A stretch of 64,000 bases of DNA from NCBI RefSeq assembly GCF_018350175.1, contig NC_058368.1, positions 150,786,001 to 150,850,000 of the forward strand, in the 5' to 3' direction. A program made the position numbers and the translations under genes. Below are positions 24,146 to 37,765 of the stretch, piece by piece (positions within the stretch are counted from its first letter, which is position 1; every line of letters begins with the position of its first letter). The stretch is from Felis catus (taxonomy: Eukaryota). Below the pieces are notes generated by a model. The model was not told the origin of the DNA and searched no databases. It worked only from the letters and a program-made list of their open reading frames with translations.

Positions 24146-26126
24146 AACTACACTTTCAAGCACTGTCAGTTCATCCTTATTTACAAACGAAACATTTGCT
24201 TGTAGCAGAGTGATATAGTGACTTGCTTTATTTTAAGATAAGTCAACTTTTCTATTCAATGTTTAATGTGAAACTGACTCAAAAATGTTCTTTTAGGCCA
24301 CATTTACATTTCTCGCTGTATAACATGTATTATACTATTCTAACTTAATGCTGTGAGCTATATAAACCAAAGACATTCTAATTCTGTTTTTAATGTATTT
24401 TTTCCAAGATAAATAATTTATAATGTACTAATAAAACTAAGGAGCTCATATTAAAAGGCTTATATTATATGACCTACTGAAATTGATCTATGGAAATTGA
24501 CTCTCTTTAAAGTAATTTTATGAAATTATTTTGTATAAAATTGACTTTCTTATATGAATTCTTGACAACAAATATAAAACAAAAAGAACTTGAAATTTCT
24601 CTCTCCATCCTTCCACACACTAAAGAGAAGTAATGAAATACCTTCTAACTTCATGATTTGGGATTTCTTAGAAAAAGAAAGCAGATGAATAGTAAACATT
24701 TTAGTTACACATATCAGCTTCTGGTTGCTTCTTTAGAATAAAACTCCTTTTCAAAGTATACCTAGTCTTTTCACATCTTTAAAGTGATCAAGTTTTATTT
24801 GTGGATTTATTTGTAAAATGTTTTCATTTTGCCATCTAGGGGAAGAAATGTCTTTTTTTTTTTAACCTGAAAATAAATAACCCTAAGCCCACATTCCTTC
24901 ATCCTGATAACCTCTGCTCATAATAGGCACCCTAGAAGCACTCATATGTATCACATGAGGGAAGGACAGTTCTGAAAGGACAAATGAATATTCCAAACAT
25001 CAAGGTTCCGTTTACCTTGAAAGTGCTTATTTAAAATGGGTACTCATGGCATACCGTGCACAACTAATGTCATCATGTAGGCATGTATTTGACTCTGCCT
25101 TTATAGGGAGGCACCAGAAAGATACTGGAGAAGGGAAAGCTGACTAGCTTTTAGAGAGGGTTTCTAATAACAAGGTGATAGTGTCTTCATGCCTATTGTC
25201 TGGTCTTTAGTTTCGAAGGTTGGAGTGGCGGGGAGGAGGGAACTTAAGAAAGAGAAAAGTAGAAATGAAGAGATGGACGAAGTCTATAGGAATTTTCATG
25301 ACAGAATGCTGATTACTATAAGCATACTTCAGAGCATCTAGCCCCAGCTTGCCGAGGCCAGAGAGATTATTTAGAACTTTAAATTCCATAAAAAATGCTT
25401 TTCTATGCCATTTTGTGGATCGGGCTACTCTTGTGGGTGACTAACCTCACCCATTCCTAGGATTCTTTCCTTTTGACTAGTTCCATTTTTCAGGCATTGA
25501 CCTTTCCCTGACCTCAGCCCGAAACTCTGGGTCACCTTGCTAGAGCCTTGGTGTGGCGCTGAATAGAGGGCTTACCAGATTGTTGGCACCGGATAAGTGG
25601 TACTGAGCACAATCGTCCTCTTTCATGAGCTAGAGGGAAGTTGCCTTTTCTAGGGTTCAGAGAGCTGAGCTGACTTATGCCTCCTTTTCATTCTGTTGCC
25701 CAGTAATTTTCCCTCTGGCCAGATCTGCAAACTGGTTGCCTCGCAGGAAGGTGACATGCACCACTGATGCAAAAAGGGGGGAAAAAAAAAGACTACTGGC
25801 ATCAGGACAACATTCAACAGTACTTCAAAAGTTTCATTTTATGGTAAAATAGGTCAATTATTCGCTCCAAATAATTAAAAAGTTTAATGGCTTAAACTTA
25901 ATCTCAGATATCGTTATGTTCCTATGTTGTTATTTAATTACACTCCTCTTCTGAGTGGAATCATTATCTGAACACCTGCTTTGCCAGTTTCCCAAATTAT
26001 CCTAGAGAAGAACCTTATCGTCTTGAAAAGAAAAACAACATGTATTTCCCAAGTTTTTAAACACTAAAAAAAAAAGTCTGATTATACCTCGGAGACTCTA
26101 AATAATCTCTACCATTGGCCTCCGTG

Positions 26127-26170
26127 TCACCACATAGTCATGGGTTCACCACATAGTCATGGGTCCACCA
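26127..26170. repeat. 19-bp tandem duplication
   Basis: caccacatagtcatgggtt repeated about 2.3 times. Confidence 0.9.
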
Positions 26171-28440
26171 GCAGGCTGGTGATTTCTGATGTTCTAGACT
26201 GTTGTGCATCTTTTCTAGGAAAAAAACCAATGGGTCTCAAAGCCAAGATTCAAGGGCTACAGTGAATAGCAAATTCTTGCCTTATGTCACACGGTAAGGC
26301 AAGTGCAATGTACCAGCCTGTCTCTGTCAAATGAATCCTATGACAATATTGATAATTCCACAGGCTACCTCTCTATATTCCGTATTTGCTCCCATTCTAA
26401 GAATGTAAGTGCCAAAAAAGGACCAAAAAATAAGAAAAAGAAACAGAAACAGGAAAAAAAAAAAAAAAGGATCTCAAAAGCTAATGGGAAACATCAAGCT
26501 AATCCCTTATCTTGCCATCCAACTTGTCAGTTCTTGGGAAAATAGGGCTTCAAATTATTTTTCAAATGAATAGACTCATGTCTTATATTTGGACATTTAG
26601 TCCTAAAGGGGGAAAAATGTGCAAGTTTTTAATACCATTTTGCTATGTAAAATACTCATGAATATTTCCACCATATTAGGTAATTCACTCTCAAATATAC
26701 TTGTGATTCTGAGTGGCTTGGCCTCAGTGCCGCAGAACGCAACCATCAGTCACTGTTGGCTCCGCACAGGACGCATTGTGCCCTGTGAGCTCTAAAGCAA
26801 TCAAACGAGTCTGCAAATGTTCTTCAAAGAATACATGTAGAATGTTACTTCGTTAAACATCTCCTTGGCATTCATTCTATTTTCCACTTTGAATTGCTGC
26901 ATTTAGTTTTGTAATGACCTTCTATAGCAAGGAGGTTTTATTAACTCTTTGATCTTCCAGCTTTGGGATGAAAACAAAGAAAATATAAATGAGCACTTTG
27001 TACACTGTCTTCTAGAGGAGAGCAGAAGAAAAAAGGAAATATGTTTTCATCAAACAGATTGGTCTGTGTGGAGACTTTCAGCCCTTCCTGTTCTTTTCTT
27101 CCTTTAAGCAAAATGCTTATCAATGTTGTACATGTGTTTGTTTTAATGTCGTCTGTATAACTAGGTCTTTGTTTCTCTTCTTTCTAGCTCCTGTAGCCGA
27201 GGTTAGGGTCAGATATCTCTTTGTGGATTTTCTTTTTTAAGGCATTCTCCATCCTTGGTTTCCTCTAACTCTACGTGCAATTCTTGGGAAATTTGCCATC
27301 CTATTTGTGGGACACTGGCAGCCCTGCTCTGTTTCCAACTGTTCCTTTGTGTGCATCCATGTGAGTGGAGAAGGGGAGGGGATCCCTGGTCAGGTAGTTG
27401 CCCAATATTGCAATGTGAAAAAGACTGCATCTAAATCCTAGGTCTGTACTTCATTGTGACTATGTCTATGTATTCTGGAGCAAAATCCCAAAATTTAGTT
27501 ATCTTGCTCCTGAAGTCCTAACCTCAATATTATTAATATATAGATAAGACACTGCCTTTCACATTGACTGTTTTTATTTTTTATTATCCTTCATTTTGCT
27601 TCATCTTACATACTCATTTGATTCTACCTTTTGAGACTTTATCACAACTTTGGAAGCAAAACTTTAGGTACAATAGTATAAAATACCAGTATTTTATGAT
27701 AAAAAGTAAATCCAAAGCATGAAAATAGTTATCAGAACAAATCTTTTCCCAATATTATAATCAGCTACTTATTACATCATAAACACTTTCTTTAGCATCT
27801 TGAGATTTGAAACTCTTATTTGTTGTTAAATCTAAAGCATCCTGAACTGAGAGACTGGAGACTTTCTGGATTTCTCAATTTAGACTCTAGAATAACAGGT
27901 GGTTTCATTGTATGCCGATAATGTTATCTGGTCCCCTTGCAGTGTCTTAGGTTCATTGGAAATGGAAACCTGTTGTTTACCTTGAAATGGATTCATTTCG
28001 TTTTGGCTAAGTTTTTCTTTTACTTAACTCATTTAACACTTACCATTTGTTGTGGTAGTGATGTGTTAAAAGTGTTCACCTATGTAATTTACCAGCCTTA
28101 CTTCAGAGATGAAAAAACAATGAGTAACCGTTTACCTAGGTTCCCTGTCCAAGGAAAGGAGTCCCACCATTAGAACATCACTTTTTCATTCCTTTTCTTT
28201 CAAAGTTTTAATTTGCTTTTCTGGGTCAAAGAGTGGGAGGAAATGATCAATATTCAGCTTTTCATCCTTGGCATTTTCTCAATTGACAGTCCTGTCTCTT
28301 AAGAGAAGTTGCAACCAGCTTGGTAAACCCCTTTCTACATCCTCAATTGTTGCCTTTGGGTGGTTTTTTCCTTCTGAGAACATTCCTTCCTCATCTTAGC
28401 AATTCTATATCATTTCACATTTCTTTGTCTAGTCATACTT

Positions 28441-28645
28441 AAAAAAAAATTTAATGTTTATTTTTGAGAGAGACAAAGACAGAGAGAGTGAGTGGCAGAG
28501 AGAGATGGAGACGTAGAATCCAAAGCAGTCTCCAGGCTGTCAGTACAGAGCCCCATGTGGGGCTTGAACCCACCAGCCATGAGATCAGAACCTGAGCAGA
28601 AATCAAGAGTTAGACGCTCAACCCACTGAGCCACTCAGGCATCCC
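28441..28645 (-). mobile_element. Can-SINE
   Basis: Reverse SINEC; TSD tgtctagtcatactt. Confidence 0.93.
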
Positions 28646-29509
28646 TGTCTAGTCATACTTTAAATTATAATTTCCCAGAGATGAAACCTTGTGTATATAT
28701 TCTAGAATACAGTCTAAAAATATTTTCCAATAATATCAATAACTGTAAGTTGCTGAAAACCCTGAGACTGCTTCTGTTAGGACATTTGAAATTATAGATA
28801 AATAACTTACTTTGAAAGGGTACCAGTCTGGCAGTTGTGATCAGTCTAACAGTCTAATTTACATACACATTTGGAATATTTCTAAATATTTTATGGAAAT
28901 ACTTCTTAATCACAAAATAAATAACAGAACAATCGGAATTTACATACATGCAATGCTTTAATCTTACGTACAAAAAAAGATGATAGGCAGAAAGAATAAC
29001 AGAATTATTAAATGAAAATTTGATAAACATATACATTGAAGAAATGCTAAAATTTGACATTTTGAAATCTAATCGTTTTAAATGGTCCCAGAAAGACTGG
29101 AAAAGATTGATGGGAAAAAAATCAGGTTACTCACAAAATTCTTTTCTATTTTTACCTTTTGGTGGCCCATTAAAAAAAGGGGGAGTTTAAACACCATATA
29201 ACATTTACTCAGTGGCTAATAGCATTTTAAACCTGTTTGATATTTTACACTTCTTTCAAAAAAATCTTAAAATATGTAATCATAGAATAATATTGTGGAG
29301 GGTGTACATAGGGTGTACTATTAAACAGCTGAAGAGAAAATGCTTTATAGCAGACAATTATTTATTTAGATTTTTTCAGCCATGTTACTAGATCAAAGAG
29401 TAAATTTGTTTTTCTACTTTGCCAAATGATGGGAGAAAAAGAATGTAAGGATCAAGGGCTCTTGTGAAAAGTCTGATTGCCTTGGTGCTTTAGAGAAAAA
29501 ATCCTAAGG

Positions 29510-30488
29510 AGCTCTTGGTTAAAAATGGTGAATTAATTACATGCACTCATCTCTTCTCCTTCTACAACCTCTGCCAAAATGATAGCAAAAGAAAAACAAA
29601 GGTATCTGCCTACAAGAAAAGGATAAAGAAAAAAAACAGAGGACATGGGATTTCAACAACTATTTAGAAAAGAAGCAGGTAGAGAAGTATAGGCAGATCA
29701 GAGGGACAAAGCCAGGAGGTTGGGTCAAAAAGTCCTGAAGGGCTGAATATAGAAGCAAGGATGAAGTGCAGCGCTAAAAACCTGAGGAGGGGTAGAAAGT
29801 GTGAGTATAGACAAGATGAACCCCCCGCACCCCCGCCTACACAAACACATATATATACACACACAATACACGCACACAACACACACACTACCCTGTAGGA
29901 AAGAGGGGATTATTCTCCAAAGAAAATGGACTATAGTGGCCACTAGTTTTAAGGATCTCAGGCATAGCAGAGGCTGAGGCTAAAACACAGGACTAAAATA
30001 AATGAAAGTTTAGTACTAAATTGTAAAACCTCCATCCCCTTCTCTGGCTCTGCTTTCAAAATGTTGACAGCAAGGAACAGGCCTTTCTAGGTAGGAGACT
30101 TCAAGACACCTCTCTGAAAAAACTGAAAGGACCCCAAGGAAAGACTCATACAAATTGAAATCTGGGGTTCACCTAGGAAAATGCTGCCTTACTAGTAAAT
30201 CTCCCTACAGTGAACTTTATCGTCAGCAAACTCCGACTGTGCTCTGAGCTTTCATTCAGCTTAATTAAGTCTCATTCTTAAAATGTGATTGGTAACTAAG
30301 AATTACCAGACACAGAAGAAAAGTCTTCAACATGACAGATGAGGACAAAAAAATCTAAACTCAGAGGGAAAGATAGTGACCCAAAGAATAGAGAAAAAAT
30401 TCAAAATTATCTATAGTTCTATACCTTCAGATATATGAGAAAATAATGCATCCAAAAAACAAGAACAGAATGTTATTTAAAAAGGAAC
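29510..30488 (+). mobile_element. Ancient L1/HAL1-like 5' and ORF1 region
   Basis: A-rich degenerate motifs (ttaccagacacagaagaaaagtcttcaacatga; tgcatccaaaaaacaagaacagaatgttat) typical of HAL1/L1M ORF1. Confidence 0.5.
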
Positions 30489-30489
30489 A

Positions 30490-30712
30490 GGGGCACCTGG
30501 GTGCCTTAGTTGGTTAAGTGCCCAACTTTTGATTTCGGCTCAGGTTATGATCTCACAGTTCATGAGTTCGAGCCCCGAATCAGGCTCTGTAGTGACAGTG
30601 CAGAGCATGCTTAGGATTCTCTCTCTCCCAATCTTTCTGCCATTCCCCCTCATGCTTGCCGCCCCCTCTCTCTCAAAATAAATAAACTTAAAAAAAAAAC
30701 TTAAAAAAAAAA
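30490..30712 (+). mobile_element. Can-SINE (SINEC_Fc3-like)
   Basis: Head, CT tract, A tail. Confidence 0.92.
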
Positions 30713-31427
30713 GAATTAGCATCTATCTCAATATAATGAACATACAAAGAAAATACATTTCTCTTGTAATTGTATTCATGAGCTAATGGTAAATATCCTG
30801 TGTGGCCAGGGTTATGATTCTCTCACAAATTTTGCAATGGAAGAAAAAAGTCCACAACTTATAATGAAGGGACTTCAAAGAGATGAGAAATGGCCAAGCT
30901 CACTATGTGCCAAACTCAGTACAGTCCAGACTTCACACAATTTCCCATAAATTCAAGGACTCCAGATTGACCCAAGTCACTCATAGTACTGAGCATTCTA
31001 GGAATGGTAGCAAATTAATCAAAGAGACTATTACAGGGATTGGGTCAACTTCAGGGTCTTAGAACCACCCAGGATCATTAATGAGATACTAAAATTCTAG
31101 GGCTTCATACATTCATCCATTCACTCCTTGATTCTTCAAACATTTAGTTACTAACATTCTTTCCTCTTCTCTGTGCTCTAAAACATTTGTCTTTAATACA
31201 AAATAACAAATAAAATTAATTATCCTTTTATTACAATAAAGTTTATTGTAACCTTTTTTTGATCCTTCTATATTCTCACCACTGCATTTTATTCCCAGCT
31301 TACCCACTCCCACCTTTGCCAGAAAAAAAGTCACATTGTAAGTCTGTCTCATACAGCACTGTGTATATAGTGGTTTATTATAGTACTGTATATTCATGTC
31401 AGTAATACTTGATATTAATTTGAATAC

Positions 31428-31752
31428 ATATGGTGGCATGTGTGCTGTTGGCCAAATATTCTTCCTGTGCACACAGCAGAATTATATTTCCTTTTCCTCT
31501 TTGAAGTTAGCTATGCCCAATGGAATTTGAGCAAAAGTGAGTATAAGTTGCTATAGCTTTTTCTCTTTGCCATGGTGACTGGAAATGTTCCAAGAGCTTT
31601 TATCTTAGACTTAAGTGAGGATGATACAGAGTAAACTTCCAAGTAAACCCATGGATAAGTAGAGTGAGCAAGAAATAATCTTTGTTTTATAAAATCTCTG
31701 AGATTTGAGGATTATTTACATTACAGCAAAATCCACGTTTCCTGATTGATAC
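31428..31752 (+). mobile_element. MaLR LTR (MLT1-like)
   Basis: Ends gagtgagcaagaaataatctttgttttataaaatctctgagatttgagg...ctgattgataca, the typical MLT1 3' terminus. Confidence 0.7.
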
Positions 31753-32186
31753 AAATATAATATAAATATATTCAGTTTTTCCCTTATATCCAGTAAGCCA
31801 ATATATATGATGGGTATCATTCTAAGCTTTCAGTTGGTGAGCATTCATATGCCATCTTGTGTTTTCCCTTAATGGTACCTCCCTCTGTTGTTGTTTAGTT
31901 ACTCCATTAATTTAGTTCTGGTGAATAATTTTGGCCCATACTGATGATCAAATGTTGCAAATGGTTGTTCTGGAGCTTTCACCCAAAGTTCCTTCCTTTC
32001 CTCAAAGAAATAGAGGAAATAGAGGCTGGAGGCCAACAGGGAATTAGAAATTGGTGGAAGACATCTGACATTATAAAACCCAAGCAACATTGCAAGCTGG
32101 CAGATGTTACTAATAGTATAAAAAGTAGCTTCAAGAAACCATGGCCTTCATAACATGACATAATTAAGGTGTTCTGAAGAAAGAGA

Positions 32187-32550
32187 ATATTAGTTTTCTC
32201 TTGCTGTGTAACAAATCTCCCCAAACTTAGCAGAAATTCAGAAGTGGTTTAGATGGTGGTTATGGCTCAAAGTTTTGAGTCTGAAGTGCTCTCTGGCATA
32301 ATAGTCTTATCATGGGGCTTCTTGAGTGACCTCACATTGTAACAGCCAACTTTTCCCAGAGCAAGTGATACAAGAGAACAGGATAGAAGCTTTAATGTTG
32401 TTTCTACACTTAGAAGTTATACCCGGTCATTTTCACAATATCCGGTTTGCTACACAGCCAACTCCATTCAGTATGGGACGAATCAACAGAAGGGTGTCAA
32501 TACCCAAAGACAAGGATCACTGGAGGCCATCGTGGGGGCTGGCTGCTACA
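32187..32550 (-). mobile_element. MaLR LTR (MLT1-like)
   Basis: tattagttttctcttgctgtgtaacaaatctccccaaacttag...ggatcactggaggccatcgtgggggctggctgctaca. Confidence 0.75.
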
Positions 32551-33809
32551 GTGGAAGAACCATCGTTAAAGAGGAACACAGCAACTGCATTGCATCTTGG
32601 CAAAGGGATTCTGCTACAACGGACTTGTTGTTTATTTAGTGTTCCCATTCTAGAAAAACAATCTATCCCATGCCATCTGCATTTACCCAATGGGATGTAA
32701 TAAGTAAACATGTTTCAATAATATGAAAAATGATTGATTGAGACTCCTCATGAGCTACTGGCTTAAAAAGATATTTTACCCCAATATTCCATAGTGTTTT
32801 CTCATCATTTGTGTAAAATTGTAAATAATTAAAAAGATTGAACTTTTGGTCTTTCAACTAAGTCTTTCTTTGTGAAAAATACTATTTATCTATTATGTAA
32901 ATATCAAGATATGTTAACCAAGTTAAATTATATTTTTTCTAATAGTAAAATCTGAAAAAATAAAGAATAATTATATCATATAGCATTTACTGCCAGCTGC
33001 AACTGTACTTTTGGAATAATTATTTCCTCAGATTATTCAGCAATGATTGATAATCACCATTTTGATTTCTCTTCTTATGTCTTTAAAATTGGAAATATTA
33101 TTTGAATTTCATTATAATGCCAAATTCATTATATACTTTAAGAATTCCTGTTTGAAGTTTTTATTATTGCATAAAAAGATGAATATAATGAAATATTTCA
33201 TTTGCAAATTTTTAGTGAAGACATTACTTCCACCTTTTTTTGAAATTTTAAAATTTATGTTCATTTCTTTTTTTACATATAAAAAGCAGCAGAAAACATC
33301 TAGCATGATGGTGACAAGACCATGACCATCTAAATGGCACCGACATTCTTTTCTTCTCAAACAAAAATGTCCTCTGTTGACTTCCCTAGTTTACTGAGGG
33401 GTCTCATCTGAAAAGTTCTTTTCTAGTTTGGTTTGTTTGTAATCTGGAATGTATTTCCCATAGAAATAGTGTTAAGTATAGTAATGAAATAAACAAATTA
33501 GTCCTCAGAAGCCCTCTTCACCAGAGAATTCCTCAATTTAGTATTCTCCACCTAGAGAATCCCTTATATGGAAAAGCCTAAAGACAGGGGGCTTATTGGA
33601 AGGATGTACTACAGCTTCTGTGGTTTAGAGGAAAAAATAGTGGTCATAAGCTTCTTTCATTTTCTTCCTGGTGACCTACACACGTCTTTTTTTTTTCCCT
33701 ACTATTATTTCCTTTGCTTCCACTCAGCGTTTATGTCCTTCCTTGGTTCACAACAGACACAGAACTTTCCTCTTAGATAACCACCATCACCACCACCACC
33801 ACAACAAAT

Positions 33810-34040
33810 AGCCAACACTTACTGAGTGCTACTACAAAGTAGATGCTGGTCCAAGCATCCTGTGTGTATTCTCACTACATCTTCACGACAACTCAGGTGG
33901 AAGGCATTCTTATTATTCCCCTTTACAGCTGAGATAACTGAGGAATACAGAAGTTGAATAACCTGTTTAGAACCATGCAGTTAGGAGATGGGATAAGAAT
34001 TTAAACTTAAACAGTTTGTGGATTTCACCTCTTATTACCG
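33810..34040 (-). mobile_element. MIR
   Basis: aacacttactgagtgct...attattcccctttacagctgagataactgagg. Confidence 0.8.
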
Positions 34041-34058
34041 TGAGAAGATAGAAAACAG

Positions 34059-34084
34059 ACACACACACACACACACACACACAC
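34059..34084. repeat. (CA)n microsatellite
   Basis: Direct reading. Confidence 0.95.
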
Positions 34085-34241
34085 GATTTTTATTTTTTCT
34101 CTACTAAAACTGAAAACAAATGGAAATAAAACAATACTTAACTTATGATTTTAATTAAGCAGCAGTGGGAAAAGCAAGGTCTCGGAAATCAGTGATAACT
34201 TATACATGTCATCTCCATTTCAAGGGAAAAACCTGGCTTTT

Positions 34242-34460
34242 TTTTTTTAATTTTTTTTTCAACGTTTATTTATTTTTGGGACAGAGAGAGACAGAGCATG
34301 AACGGGGGAGGGGCAGAGAGAGGGAGACACAGAATCGGAAACAGGCTCCAGGCTCCGAGCCATCAGCCCAGAGCCTGACACGGGGCTCGAACTCACGGAC
34401 CGCGAGATCGTGACCTGGCTGAAGTCGGACGCTTAACTGACTGTGCCACCCAGGCGCCCC
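34242..34460 (-). mobile_element. Young Can-SINE (SINEC_Fc)
   Basis: CpG-rich near-consensus copy; TSD aaaacctggcttttt. Confidence 0.97.
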
Positions 34461-35294
34461 AAAACCTGGCTTTTTGAAACCGAGGCAGTAGCTCTGAGTA
34501 GACAAGGAAAAAATAAGTACACTCTGACAGTGGGTTCTGGCCTGGGCATGGAAGGCACAGCAATTTGTTGGAAAGATCTGAAGGGAGCACACCTTCCTTC
34601 TCCCATTGTGGGACCATCTGGTCCTCACAAACCTTACCCTGAAGTAGCCTTCAAATATCACTGGAGAGGATGATACGGAGGCTTTTGGGTTCTGAGTTTG
34701 CCAGATTGGGAGGGAGCCCAGTGTCAGGATGCACTTAGGTTGGCAGTATGAAGAGCAAAGAAGAGGTTAAGAAGAGAGAGAAACACCAGGGAATGCATTT
34801 TGCTTCTGTCCTTTCAAAAAATAAACAACATGTAGAAAGTGAAATTTGCAGGCATAATATTTTAATAGACTGTAACTCCAAAAATTCCTAAGTTCATTTA
34901 GTGGTAATGTATTATTTCACTTCTTTAATCCATTGCTGATATCTGGGAACAGAATCAAACATCACAGACACCTCTTGAGCAAGTCATGAGTGGCTGTGAG
35001 ACTAAGCTGTTCTCAGTCCCAGAAATTAGAAATCCTTTTCCATTGTGCATTCTTATATCCTTGCCAGGAAAACAGATACTTTCCCCCCTAGAAGCTGAAC
35101 AAGGTCACCTTGGCCCAGGTCATCAGAAACTAAAACAGTAACAGACACTTGTCTACAGGAAGATGACAATATTGTTATTAAAAATTTCTGACATTTTTTA
35201 AAAAAGACATAGTAACATGTGGAGATTTGATTAATATCTAACAAATATGAGATGGCAATTTAGTTTATTAGTGCCAGCTAAGTACTTTTGTTGT

Positions 35295-35491
35295 ATTAAT
35301 GTTTATTTATTTTTGAGAGACAAAGCATGAGCGGGGGAGGGGCAGAGCAAGAGGGAGACACAGAAATCGAAGCAGGCTCCAGGCTCTGAGCTGTCAGCAC
35401 AGAGCCTGACGCGGGGCTCAAACTCACAGACCATGAAATCACGACCTGAGCCAAAGTCGGATGCTTAACCGACCAGCCACCCAGGTGCCCC
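35295..35491 (-). mobile_element. Can-SINE (SINEC_Fc2-like)
   Basis: Reverse SINEC head and body. Confidence 0.94.
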
Positions 35492-35964
35492 ATATTGTTT
35501 TTTTAAAAAGGAGAAATGAATGAGTAAATAAATAATCAGTCCAACAGTCAAGTAGTCATTTGACTTTCTGTAGCTAGATAGAAAAGGAGAAGTTGCAGTT
35601 GGAAGTAAAATCCAGATGGCAGTTGTTGGGGCACAGATAGGGACTGGGCATGTTGTCATGGAAGGAGGTGTTGAGGTGGCCATTGCAGGGGAAGTAAGAC
35701 ATCTCTGATGAAGGTGAAAATTTTCATCAATTCAAACATTGTAGTGACAGCCTGGAATTTGGAGATTCATTGTTGATTCTGAAATGAACAGCTTTGGGAC
35801 CTTGAGAAAATTAGTTTTCTTCTTTGGGTCTTGGTTTCTTCTATAAAATCAAGGAGTTGGGGGAAAAAAAATCAACAACATTCCCTAAAGAGTATGCTTT
35901 CAAATAGCAGCTCTTTGGGATATAAATATACACAATAAAAAAAGCCTGAGGTTCAGTCAAATTA

Positions 35965-36125
35965 TGTAGTAGTTAGGGCTTCTTAAGTTGCAAGTGACAA
36001 AATACCTGACTCAAGGTGGATTGAAGGGGAAATGGGAGTTATCCTCTCAGTAGTTGAAGAAGTTTAGGCACAGAGCTGGCCTTTGGCATAGCTGATTCTT
36101 TGGTTTGAGTAATATCATTAGGACT
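35965..36125. mobile_element. Old MaLR LTR fragment
   Basis: agttagggcttcttaagttgcaagtgacaaaatacctgactcaa terminus of old MLT1. Confidence 0.55.
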
Positions 36126-36425
36126 TGTGCCACAGGCTGAATAATGATCCCACAAAGATGCCCACGCCCTAATCACTGGAAATTATGACTAAGTGACCTT
36201 ACATGGCAAAAGAGACTTTGCAGATGTGATTAAGGTTTGCAATGGGGAGATTATCCTGGGACCAATCTTACCACATGAGTCCCTAAAAGTGGCAGAGAAG
36301 AAAGGTGACATGGGAAACACTTAACCTGCTGTTGCTGGTTTTGAAGATGGAGAAAGGGGACCACAGCCAAGTACTGGGCCTCTACAAGTTGAAAACGGCC
36401 CTTGACTCAACAGTCATAAAGAAAA
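36126..36425 (+). mobile_element. MaLR LTR (MLT1C/D-like), internally deleted
   Basis: ggctgaataatgatcccacaaagatgcccacgccctaatc...ttacatggcaaaagagactttgcagatgtgattaagg. Confidence 0.85.
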
Positions 36426-37551
36426 TGAAGGCTAAACAGGGGAAGAGAAAGTACATTCTAGGGTCTCAGCTCAGGGCTCTTATCAGGCAACTTTAAACTC
36501 GCAGAAAGAAGGATTTTCAGTGAGGGGAACAGATGAATTCGGGGAGACGGGCTGGAAGAACAAATAGAAAGATGACAAAAGGGGAAGGAATTGTGATGGA
36601 ATATGGTTTGTGGCTTGTATTGCTAATGAAACCTAACTTAGCTGTTTATTCTGTTTATTCTTATTCTTGGAGTGCCCCACATGGTTTTCAAAGTTGTTTC
36701 ATATTGCACTTGATTCTAAAAACGCCTTGAGAGATAGGTAATGCAGGTTTCTTATTCCTCTCCCACACATGAGGAAACTAAGATGCAAAAAGCTCAATTC
36801 TAAGTGTTAGAGCCAGAGAATATGGAATGTGATGGGCCAAGGAGGGTTCCTGCCTGTAAATTCAGGTGCCCATCCTAGCAATGTCACCTAGGAATGAGTT
36901 ACATCCAACCACTGAGCCTCTGCTTGCCCAACTGTCAAATGGAGCACATATCTGCCTGCCTCATCATGAGGATGAACCAGGACAAAATGCACCAACACCT
37001 AGGATTACAGCAGAGGACAAACAACATACATACACTCCCTTTACTCTCTTCTCCACCTACAACCCATGTTCAGATTATCCGACTCCACACTGATAATTCT
37101 AAACCACATGGCTGCTATGGTCATTCACACATTTATTCATTTTCATATCTATGTAAACTTTGGTTTAATGAGAATCTAAGAGAGTTACTCATTAGCAGTT
37201 AAGTTCCTTACTTGTTTTTCATACAAAATCCCTCCAATGATGTCATTACACTTTTGGAATACTTCTTGTTAAAAATTACCAATATTGCTTCCGGTATATG
37301 TACTAAGAGGGCTAATAGACTTTTGTGGTTTTCAGGGAAGAGGGAACAAAGAATGCATTACTTTTGTGTTACACTACAGTACTATCAAGAACTAAGAATT
37401 GTTTCAGAATTTATAGCTAGTATTTTATTGTGCATCACATGCGATTCTATTTATGTGATTACAGCATAAAGATTGGGAACAGGCTTGGAAAAAAGATTAC
37501 TGTGCATATAATCTAAGAAATTATTATAATTTAAACATTTTTGCAAAACCA

Positions 37552-37695
37552 GGGATGCCTGGTGGCTCAGCCGGTTAAGCCTGGGACTCTTATTCTTGGT
37601 TCAGGTCATGATCTCGCAGTTCATGAGTTCAAACCCTGCATGGGGCTCTGTGCTGACAGCACAGAGCCTGTTTGGAATTATATCTCTCTCCCTCC

Positions 37696-37727
<32 letters not shown>

Positions 37728-37765
37728 GTTCCTCCTCAGCTCTTTCTCAAGATAAATAAATATTT
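37552..37765 (+). mobile_element. Can-SINE (SINEC_Fc3-like)
   Basis: Head, C/CT tract, aataaa; flanking ttttttgcaaaa repeat. Confidence 0.92.
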
